NCBI GenBank assembly: GCA_963666365.2
Contig: CAXXNF010000001.1
Location: 224,001-288,000, forward strand
Source of the DNA: Syntrophales bacterium
Lineage (GTDB): Bacteria > Desulfobacterota > Syntrophia > Syntrophales > UBA2210
Direction: 5' to 3'
DNA: 64,000 nucleotides
Positions within the stretch are counted from its first letter, which is position 1. Every line of letters begins with the position of its first letter. The position numbers were made by a program, and so were the translations under genes. This document shows positions 56,064-64,000 of the stretch, piece after piece. The notes beneath the pieces are model-generated. The model was not told the DNA's origin and searched no databases. It worked only from the letters and a program-made list of their open reading frames with translations.

Positions 56064-57782
56064 ATGATGAATTTTTTTCTGCAGCCCCGTAAATACCAAA
56101 GTCTCATGACCGATGAGGGATCACGAGCCATTATGGAAAAAACCATCCGGTTTTTTGAAGACATGGGCAAAACAAAGCTCACAGAGGATTTTTACAAACG
56201 AGTTTGGTACAAGGAATTTATTGATTTTATCGCCAAAGAGCAGATCTTCGCCAAGCTCCTTACCCCTCAGGCTTACGGCGGCGGCGATCCCGACTGCCGC
56301 TGGGACACGGCGCGCAACAGCGAGTACAGCGAGCTCCTCGCCTTCTACGGTCTCGGATACTGGTACTGTTTCCAGGTATCCATCCTGGGACTGGGCCCCA
56401 TCTGGATGAGCCCGAATGAAAAAGCAAAACAGAAGGCGGCAAAACTGCTCAAAGAAGGAGCAATCTTCGCCTTCGGCCTCTCGGAACAGACCCACGGCGC
56501 CGACATATACGCCACGGAAACCGCCCTGACCCCCACAGAGGACGGCGCCTGGGCAGCAAACGGCGAGAAATACTACATCGGCAACGGCAACGAAGCCCCC
56601 ATGGTTTCCACCTTGGGCAAGGTGAAGGACGGCACCGATGACTACGTCTTCTTCGCGACCAATTTCAGTCACAAGGCCTACGAACTGAAAAAAAACGTCG
56701 TGTCCCATCAGCAGTATGTCTCAAACTTCGCCCTTCACGACTACCCCATTACCGCCGATGACATTCTGTGCAGGGGATCCCACGCCTGGGACTCGGCTTT
56801 GAACACTGTAAATATAGGTAAATTCAATATCGGCCCCGCCTCCATTGCACTGGCGGAGCACTGCTTTTACGAGTCCATTACCCATGCCGCAAACCGAATA
56901 CTGTACGGCGTCCCCGTTACCGACATGCCCCATGTGAGGAAGAATTTTATGGATGCCTGGCTCCGCCTGGTAGGCATGAAACTGTATCAGCGACGGGCTA
57001 CCGATTATTTCCGTAACGCATCGGAAAATGACCGCCGCTATCTGCTCTACAATCCCACGAGCAAAATGAAGGTCACCCTTCAGGCGGAGGACGTGATAAA
57101 TCTGCTCTGGGATGTCATCGCCGCCAAAGGCTTCGAAAAGGACACCTATTTCTCCATGGCGGCCGCAGACATCCGCGGGCCCTCCAAGCTGGAGGGAACG
57201 GTACATGTCAACGTTCAACTCATTCGCAAGTTCATGCAAAATTATTTTTTCAACCCTGCGACATACGCCCCGGTGGCGCCGGACTTCTCCACTAAAGACG
57301 ACCTCTTTCTCTTCAATCAGGGACCCACCAAGGGACTGGGAAAGGTTCAGTTTCACGATTACCGGGACACCTTCGAGGCCTACCGCGATCTGCCCAATGT
57401 GGCGACGTTTATCAGCCAGATCGAACTTTTCAAGGAAATGCTGAAAAATGCGGGCCCCGATAAATCCCAGGATATGGACCCCTCGTTTTCACTTCCGCTA
57501 GGAGAAATGTTTTCCATCGTGGTCTATGGGCAGCTCATACTCGAGCAGGCAAACTTTGAAAGTCTGGACAGAGACATTATCAATCAGATATTCGATTTCA
57601 TGGTCCGTGACTTTGCGAAATTCGCACTCCAGATCTACGGCATGCACGCTGCCAGAGACGAACAGCGCGCCTACTGCCAGAAAATCATGCTGATAAAATC
57701 GGCAGAGGATAACGACCAGTACAACCGGCTCTGGAGCACCTATGTATACCCCTTGAATGGCGAGTACCAGATGAACAGCTGA
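56064..57782 (+). CDS. Acyl-CoA dehydrogenase (long type)
   Basis: AGGAGG RBS; FGLSEQTHGAD, NGEKYYIGN, KLEGTVHVN. Confidence 0.92.
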   Translation: MMNFFLQPRKYQSLMTDEGSRAIMEKTIRFFEDMGKTKLTEDFYKRVWYKEFIDFIAKEQIFAKLLTPQAYGGGDPDCRWDTARNSEYSELLAFYGLGYWYCFQVSILGLGPIWMSPNEKAKQKAAKLLKEGAIFAFGLSEQTHGADIYATETALTPTEDGAWAANGEKYYIGNGNEAPMVSTLGKVKDGTDDYVFFATNFSHKAYELKKNVVSHQQYVSNFALHDYPITADDILCRGSHAWDSALNTVNIGKFNIGPASIALAEHCFYESITHAANRILYGVPVTDMPHVRKNFMDAWLRLVGMKLYQRRATDYFRNASENDRRYLLYNPTSKMKVTLQAEDVINLLWDVIAAKGFEKDTYFSMAAADIRGPSKLEGTVHVNVQLIRKFMQNYFFNPATYAPVAPDFSTKDDLFLFNQGPTKGLGKVQFHDYRDTFEAYRDLPNVATFISQIELFKEMLKNAGPDKSQDMDPSFSLPLGEMFSIVVYGQLILEQANFESLDRDIINQIFDFMVRDFAKFALQIYGMHAARDEQRAYCQKIMLIKSAEDNDQYNRLWSTYVYPLNGEYQMNS

Positions 57783-57834
57783 CCCTTACACTTAGTATCG
57801 AGACAGCAACAGGATATGGATCACCGCAGTGTCA

Positions 57835-57863
57835 AGGTCGGGCGTCCGAGGGACGCCCGACCT
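57835..57863. repeat. Perfect 13-bp GC hairpin (REP-like or terminator)
   Basis: AGGTCGGGCGTCC-gag-GGACGCCCGACCT; no U-tract. Confidence 0.55.
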
Positions 57864-57948
57864 CTGAAGCGCCGCAGCCGTCATCCCTTGACCCGGCGGG
57901 CAGAGTGCATTATATCAAGTGACAAAAAACGTGTCCGGTTACACCATC

Positions 57949-58872
57949 ATGGCCCTCTCCCACAAAACGAAAAAGGAATTATCGGAAGAAATCTTAACAC
58001 TGCAAAAGCGGATAGTTGAACTGGAGGCACAGGTCCGGGAGAAAATTCAAACCGAGAAGGTCTTTCAGGATCCCATGGAAGTGACACGGATTATGCTGGA
58101 ATATGCCACCGACGCCATTTATGTGATCCAGGACGGATTTTTAAAGTTCGTTAATTCCAAGGTTACTGAGATCTCGGGCTACTCGCGGGAAGAACTGATG
58201 ACAAAACCCCGGATGGAGTTTGTTCATCCCGACGACCGGCCGATGATTTACGAACGCGCGTTGAAGCGGATGCGGGGAGAAAAGGTGCCCAATCTGTATC
58301 CGCACAGGACATTGGACAAATGGGGCAACATCAAGTGGATCGAGGTGAACAGCGTCATGATCACCTGGGAAGGACGACCGGCATAACTGTGTTTTCAGAA
58401 AGATATCACCGCGAGAAAGGCGGCCGAAGAAGAGCTGAAGGCACAAACCGAAAATCTTACGGAAATGAATGCCGCACTCAAGGTGCTTCTCAAACATCGC
58501 GAAAATGACAGAAAGGAAATAGAAGAACGGTTATCGCTCAACATAAAGGAGCTGGTGCTCCCCTATGTGGAGAAACTGAAGACAGCGAAATTAGATGCGA
58601 CACACACTGCGTACATCCATATTATAGACGATCATTTAAGGGAAATCCTCTCCCCCTTTCTCATAAAACTGACATCGAAGCACTCCCATTTTACCCCTCG
58701 TGAAATCCAGGTAGCCGGGTTTATCAAGGACGGCATGACTACCAAGGATATCGCGAATATCCTCAACGTATCGACGAATTCCGTCGATGTGTACCGGCAA
58801 AACATCAGAAAAAAACTGGGGGTCAGCAACAAGAAAGTCAACCTCAGATCACTCTTCATCTCCCTCGAATAA
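57949..58872 (+). pseudogene. PAS-LuxR(HTH) transcriptional regulator interrupted by an in-frame TAA
   Basis: WEGRPA-TAA(58384-58386)-LCFQKDITARKAAEEELK..MNAALKVLL..FTPREIQVA..TTKDIA..RQNIRKKLG is one continuous frame. Confidence 0.88.
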
Positions 58873-58981
58873 CGACGAATTTCATTCATCATTATTTCAT
58901 CATATTTCCATTATTCACCTTTCCTTTTTCTTATGATTTTCTGTGATCATCGAATGTCGCCCCGACAGGAAGGATTATTGA

Positions 58982-60688
58982 ATGGAAACAATATCTTGGC
59001 ACACACATTACGACTACTGCGTCCCATCGTCAATCCGATACCCCCGGCTGCCCGTGCACGAACTGCTGCAGGTACCGGCAAACGCATACCCCGATAAAGC
59101 GGCAATTCATTTTATGGGAAGGGAACTCACCTTTTGGGAATTACGCCAGCATGTAATCAGGATCGCCTACTCCCTTGGCGCCATGGGTATTAAAAAAGGA
59201 GACCGCGTCGGCATTCACCTTCCCACCTGTCCCCAGTACATCATTTCCTATTATGCGGTGCTCTCGCTGGGGGCAATTGTGGTCAACCTCAATCCGCTCT
59301 ATACCATCGATGAATTGACCGGAACGGCGCAAAACACCGGCATGACGACACTTATCACATCGGACATGTCCCTTCATTCGGCTCGCGAGCTTTGCCGGAC
59401 AGTTCCCATTCGCCATGCAATCGTCACACGCGTGGATGACTACGCCGCAGACAATACACGGGGGAACGATACCCCGCTCGGCCTTGAAAAGGGCTGGTAC
59501 AGGTTCCTCTCGCTTCTCGAAGGCGCCTCTGGCGCACGCACGATTAGAGCAGATGTGCGGCCGGAAGACATCGCGGTGATCCAATTCACCGGGGGCACCA
59601 CGGGCATCCCCAAAGGCGCCATGCTTACCCATGCAAACATAGTCGCCGCAGCGTTTCAGTATACCCTCTGGATGACTCCCCTTCTCTCCCTTATCCCACC
59701 GGAACGACGTTCCATACTCATTGCAATTCCCCTCTATCACGTATATGGGAACCTGGCCATGAACTGGTCCATACTGAACTGTGTGCTGCAGATCCATATG
59801 CCGAGGTTCCACATCGATGAGATGGTCCATGTCATGGAAAGCTATAAGGAAATAACCTTCTTCCCGACCGTGGCGACCGTGGTAAGCGCCCTGCTTAATC
59901 ATCCCCGGACCGGCGATCTCAATCTGGGGAAAAAGCTCACCCAGCTCAACTCGGGTGGCGGACCGACAGCGCCGCACCTGATCGAACAGTTGAATGACAT
60001 GGGCATCTATTTCAGCCAGGCCTGGGGCATGAGCGAAACGTCGGGCCTCGGCACCAGCACTCCCGTCTTCGGCGCAAAAAAGATCAACAGCATAGGGATT
60101 CCCTATCCCGATACGGACATCCGCGTGGTCGATCTCTCGGAAGGCATACAAGATGTCCCCCGTGGCGAGCCGGGAGAAATCATCATCAGGGGCGCCACCC
60201 TGATGAAAGGCTACTGGGAAAATCCCGAGGAGACGGCGGGGCAAATAAAGAATGGCTGGCTCCATACGGGCGACATCGCCGTGAAGGACGAAGACGATTT
60301 TCTCTACATCGTTGACAGAAAAAAGGACATGATCATCGCCGGGGGATTCAACATATACCCAAGTGAAATCGACGAAGTTCTTTTCACACACCCGAAGGTC
60401 CAATTTGCCGTTGCCGCAGGCATACCCGACGCCTATCGGGGAGAAACCGTAAAGGCCTATATTGTCCTGAAACAGGGGATGAGCGCAACAGCCGAGGAAA
60501 TAATCGCCTTTTGCAGGGAAAAGCTCGCGCCCTATAAAGTGCCTCGCATCATCGAATTCAGAGATGCACTCCCTCAATCGTCGGTAGGAAAGATACTGCG
60601 GAAGGAACTGCGGGCCGAGGAAGAAGCAAAAGTAAAAAATAATCATTCAGGGAAAATCTCAAAAAATACCGGCCGGAGGCCGAGATAG
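58982..60688 (+). CDS. Long-chain fatty acid-CoA ligase (FadD-like); C-terminal tail probably derived from a deletion junction
   Basis: QFTGGTTGIPKG, WGMSET, WLHTGD, DRKKDMII, VGKILR. Confidence 0.92.
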   Translation: METISWHTHYDYCVPSSIRYPRLPVHELLQVPANAYPDKAAIHFMGRELTFWELRQHVIRIAYSLGAMGIKKGDRVGIHLPTCPQYIISYYAVLSLGAIVVNLNPLYTIDELTGTAQNTGMTTLITSDMSLHSARELCRTVPIRHAIVTRVDDYAADNTRGNDTPLGLEKGWYRFLSLLEGASGARTIRADVRPEDIAVIQFTGGTTGIPKGAMLTHANIVAAAFQYTLWMTPLLSLIPPERRSILIAIPLYHVYGNLAMNWSILNCVLQIHMPRFHIDEMVHVMESYKEITFFPTVATVVSALLNHPRTGDLNLGKKLTQLNSGGGPTAPHLIEQLNDMGIYFSQAWGMSETSGLGTSTPVFGAKKINSIGIPYPDTDIRVVDLSEGIQDVPRGEPGEIIIRGATLMKGYWENPEETAGQIKNGWLHTGDIAVKDEDDFLYIVDRKKDMIIAGGFNIYPSEIDEVLFTHPKVQFAVAAGIPDAYRGETVKAYIVLKQGMSATAEEIIAFCREKLAPYKVPRIIEFRDALPQSSVGKILRKELRAEEEAKVKNNHSGKISKNTGRRPR

Positions 60689-61347
60689 TCGGCGATACCT
60701 TTCACCCCCTTTATCTCAAAGATTTCGCCCCCTATTTGACCAAATTCAGCGGTACCGATGCCGAGGTGCTCGTCACCGCCGACTGGCCGCCCGATTCAGT
60801 CAATCTCGTCAAGCAGATGCGCGCCCTTGGAAATATGAAACCGGTCGCTGGCATATATGTTGACTACATCGCCGGCATCGCCGCGGTGGGCGGTGAGGGA
60901 GGCAAGGGAATCGTCAATGCATTTCACCATATCCCCTGTTTTAAGAACCCTTCAAACGACAGATTCAACACCCTCTGGAACGGACAGTCGAAAAAGTGGA
61001 AGGCCCCCTACGACAACCCCACCTATACGTGGCCTATCGCCGGTGTAGGCGGCTCGGCGATTCAGTTCTACTGGCTCTTCGACGTGGTACAGCGTGCGGG
61101 CAGCACCGATCCCGAAAAGATCATCGCCACCTGGGAAGGAGACACCTACACCACCGTAACCGGGCAGGTTCGCCACATGCGCGCCTGTGATCACCAGGCG
61201 ATTATGGATTTATACGTCACACAGCTCGACTACCCCTCGGGCTGGTATGACGACATTAACGCAGCCGGTTTCACACAGGCCTTTGTAGTCCCGGCGCGTT
61301 TCTGTACGCCCCCGATTCCGGAAGGTCTTGACCGATGTAAGAAATAG
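60643..61347 (+). pseudogene. C-terminal half of a branched-chain/LivJ-type ABC substrate-binding protein
   Basis: The frame opens at 60643: SFRENLKKYRPEAEIVGDTFHPLYLKDFAPYLTK..DW..LVKQ..AGSTDPEKII..WEGD..MRACDHQ. No start codon or signal peptide; overlaps the ligase 3' end. Confidence 0.8.
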
Positions 61348-61377
61348 ATGAACATCACTATAGAGCTGCAGTAAAAC

Positions 61378-61423
61378 AAACACACCCGGCATACTTCGAT
61401 CATGTATGTCGGGTGTGTTTTTT
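61378..61423 (+). terminator. Intrinsic terminator
   Basis: AAACACACCCGGCATAC-loop-GTATGTCGGGTGTGTTT followed by further Ts. Confidence 0.7.
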
Positions 61424-61574
61424 AAGAAATATACGAAAAAGCCGATTACTACCTTAAAAGTCATCCGGAAAAACTCATCTTGTATTTACCTCACAGGATG
61501 ATATATGGTTTTTGTCGAAAATAATGTTTCCACAAGCCTTGTTCGTTCTCGAATAAAATCCATAGGAATCAGTC

Positions 61575-64000
61575 ATGTCAACAGTTGAGCAAGACCGAAT
61601 ACAGAAAATCATAGACGCCCTTTCGAGGGCGACAGAGGGAGAGTACTCGGCACGGCTAGATTTTGCATCGGAAGATGACGATATCGGTTCTTTGGCAAAC
61701 GCCGTCAATACACTACTGGAAAAAACCGGTAAAAAAATATCCGGAATACACACACTGTCTCAAAATTCGGCATTGGACGCCGGTCGCTACCACCATATTC
61801 TCAACACCATCCAAGAATCCTATTTTGAAGCCGATCTCAAGGGACATCTGCTTTTTTTCAATGATACGGCGCTGCGGGATTTGGGGTATGATGAAAAAGA
61901 ACTGGAAGGGATACACTTTCACCGTCTCGTAAACGCGATCAATGCACAAAAAGTATACGACGCCTTTCACCAGGTATTTCTGACAGGCCTACCGAACAAG
62001 GGCTTCGAGTGGGAAATACTAAAGAAAAACAATGAAATAATAGAGGTCGAATCGTCGGTTGCCCTTCTGTGCGACGAAGGGGGGAAGCCGGTAGGATTCC
62101 GGGGGGTAGTGCGCGACATTTCCCTGCGCAAAAAAACCGAGCGGGACTTGCGCATACAACAGGAGAAGTACCGCACCGTCCTGGAAAACATGGAGGACAC
62201 CTACCTGGAAAACGACCTGAAGGGCAATTATACCTTTTTTAACGATTCGCTGTGCCGGCTGCTCGGCTATGCCCGCGAAGAGCTTCAAGGCAAAAATTAC
62301 CGGCTCATCGCCCCGCCTGAACAGCATGAGGAACTGTACCGGGCCTACAATGAAATTTACACCACCGGTGAACCGAAAATATTCCGGGAACAGAAGATGA
62401 TTGCCCGGGATGGTGCACCTCTATATTTTGATTATTCCATGTCCCTCATGCGGTCTCCCACGGGAGAACCGATCGGCTTCTGTGGTTTCGGCCGCAACGT
62501 AACTGCACAGGTCATGGCCAGAAAAAAGCTTGAAGAAAGCGAACGAAAACTGCGCCTCATCACCGCAAACATCAGCGATATCATCTGGACGATGGACTTC
62601 GATATGCGCCTCACCTATGTCAGCCCCTCGGTAGTTCCCCTTACGGGATTTACCCCTGAAGAGGTCATGCGCATCCCCGTCAGTATGATGGTGTCGCCGG
62701 AAACGTTCGCACAATATCAGCAACTGCTTGCCGATGAATTAGCCGGGGAACAGGCTGGAACGCCACCCGATAGAGAACGGCCCGTCAGCACGGTGCTCCC
62801 CCTCCTGCGTAAGGACGGAACTACCTATTGGGCTGAAATTAACATTAGTTTCAACCGCGACGAACATGGAAGGGCCTTTGAAATCATCGGCGTGACCCGC
62901 GATGTCACCGACCGCAAGCGTATTGAGGATGCCCTGAAGGATACGAAGGCATTGTATCAAATGCTCTTCGAGAACGCTCCTTACGGCATGGTGGTTCTGG
63001 ACCCTGAGACGGCGCGGATCATGGAATTCAACGATACAGCCTGCCGTCAGTTGGGGTATTCGCGCGAGGAATTTGCACAATTGGATGTTTCCGACCTTGA
63101 CATATACGAATCACCGCAGGAAATCAGGTCGAAGATTTCGGCGGTCATGCGGCAGGGAAGGACTGATTTCGAAACGCGACACCGAACGAAGCTGGGCAAG
63201 ATCAGAGATGTATATGTAACGGCCCAGTACACTGAAGTAATGGGGAAGCCTCTGTACCACTGCGTCTGGCAGGACATTACCGACCTCAAGAGCACCGAGG
63301 AGGCCCTCAGGAACAGCGAACGGCGCTACCGCCTCATTGTTGAAAATATCCATGATATTGTATGGATCATAGGACTGGATCTGAAATTTAACTACGTCAG
63401 CCCATCGAATATCCGCGTATCGGGATTCACCAGAGAAGAGGTGATGACCAAGTCATTGCAGGATTTTCTCACTCCTGAATCTCTTGCGCGCGCCACACAG
63501 ATTTTATCGGAAGAACTTGCCCGTGAAGCCGGGGGATATCCCGTTGATCCCACACGTTCCCGAATCTTTGAACTGGAGGTGTACACCAAGAGCGGCGGCG
63601 CCGTCTGGGTGGAGGTAAGCGCCGCCTTTAATCGCGACGAGTATGGAAATGCGGTGGAAATTCTTGCGGTTGGAAGGAATATCACCGAGCGGAAACAGGC
63701 GGAAGAGGCGCTGCGGAGGAGCGAGGAAAAATATCGCACCATCCTCGAGAGCATGGAAGACGGCTACTGGGAAGTGGATCTCGAAGGCAGATTCACGTTC
63801 TTTAACGACGCCATGTGCAGAATGTCGCAATGCACAAGGGAAGAACTCCTGGGGCTGAAGGTATCCGACTATGTGACGCCGGAGACAAAAGAGCGGATGC
63901 TCGAGATCTTCACCGAGGTATTCCGCACAGGCCTTTCCGCCGAGTATATGGATTACGAAGTTTTAAAAAGGGACGGCACCACAGGGATCTACGAGCTCAG
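61575..64000 (+). CDS. Multi-PAS/PAC sensor protein with a HAMP-like N-terminus; runs off the window
   Basis: Frame from MSTVEQDRIQ, with no stop seen; six PAS/PAC units (YFEADLKG..FFND, RDIS.RK, RDVTDRK, RNITERKQAEEALRRSEEKYRTIL). Missing from the ORF track because it has no stop in the window. Confidence 0.9.
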   Translation, partial: MSTVEQDRIQKIIDALSRATEGEYSARLDFASEDDDIGSLANAVNTLLEKTGKKISGIHTLSQNSALDAGRYHHILNTIQESYFEADLKGHLLFFNDTALRDLGYDEKELEGIHFHRLVNAINAQKVYDAFHQVFLTGLPNKGFEWEILKKNNEIIEVESSVALLCDEGGKPVGFRGVVRDISLRKKTERDLRIQQEKYRTVLENMEDTYLENDLKGNYTFFNDSLCRLLGYAREELQGKNYRLIAPPEQHEELYRAYNEIYTTGEPKIFREQKMIARDGAPLYFDYSMSLMRSPTGEPIGFCGFGRNVTAQVMARKKLEESERKLRLITANISDIIWTMDFDMRLTYVSPSVVPLTGFTPEEVMRIPVSMMVSPETFAQYQQLLADELAGEQAGTPPDRERPVSTVLPLLRKDGTTYWAEINISFNRDEHGRAFEIIGVTRDVTDRKRIEDALKDTKALYQMLFENAPYGMVVLDPETARIMEFNDTACRQLGYSREEFAQLDVSDLDIYESPQEIRSKISAVMRQGRTDFETRHRTKLGKIRDVYVTAQYTEVMGKPLYHCVWQDITDLKSTEEALRNSERRYRLIVENIHDIVWIIGLDLKFNYVSPSNIRVSGFTREEVMTKSLQDFLTPESLARATQILSEELAREAGGYPVDPTRSRIFELEVYTKSGGAVWVEVSAAFNRDEYGNAVEILAVGRNITERKQAEEALRRSEEKYRTILESMEDGYWEVDLEGRFTFFNDAMCRMSQCTREELLGLKVSDYVTPETKERMLEIFTEVFRTGLSAEYMDYEVLKRDGTTGIYEL

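Overview
Bacterial DNA of moderately high GC. The gene content (Sec-formate dehydrogenase, acyl-CoA ligases and dehydrogenases, sigma54 and multi-PAS regulators, dockerin-tailed exoproteins) suggests an anaerobic Desulfobacterota/Syntrophales-like organism; this is inference. The left part (1-24 kb) is metabolic. It holds GDPD, an FmdE/MoeA-type protein, modABC and a selenocysteine formate dehydrogenase alpha subunit that the ORF track splits at its UGA. It also holds an MBL/GNAT-peptidase/RimK operon, DUF898+M48, acyl-CoA genes, and an ALDH-FeADH fusion joined head-to-head by a deletion to a broken sigma54 activator. The centre (24-56 kb) is an accessory extracellular-protein island and the most interesting part. 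Three signal-peptide-bearing beta-propeller+RHS(YD-shell) proteins are each followed, where an immunity gene would usually sit, by a small secreted 'YD-hairpin + dockerin' protein. The island also carries a 3007-aa DUF1566/beta-helix/Ig-repeat dockerin adhesin, two tandem 8-Cys secreted miniproteins with variable loops, and an RND pump. The right part (56-64 kb) has acyl-CoA dehydrogenase and ligase genes, a nonsense-interrupted PAS-LuxR gene, a truncated ABC binding protein and a multi-PAS sensor that runs off the window. A REP-like inverted-repeat family enclosing an IHF-like site recurs at gene ends. Domain calls come from motif recognition by eye, not from database searches.
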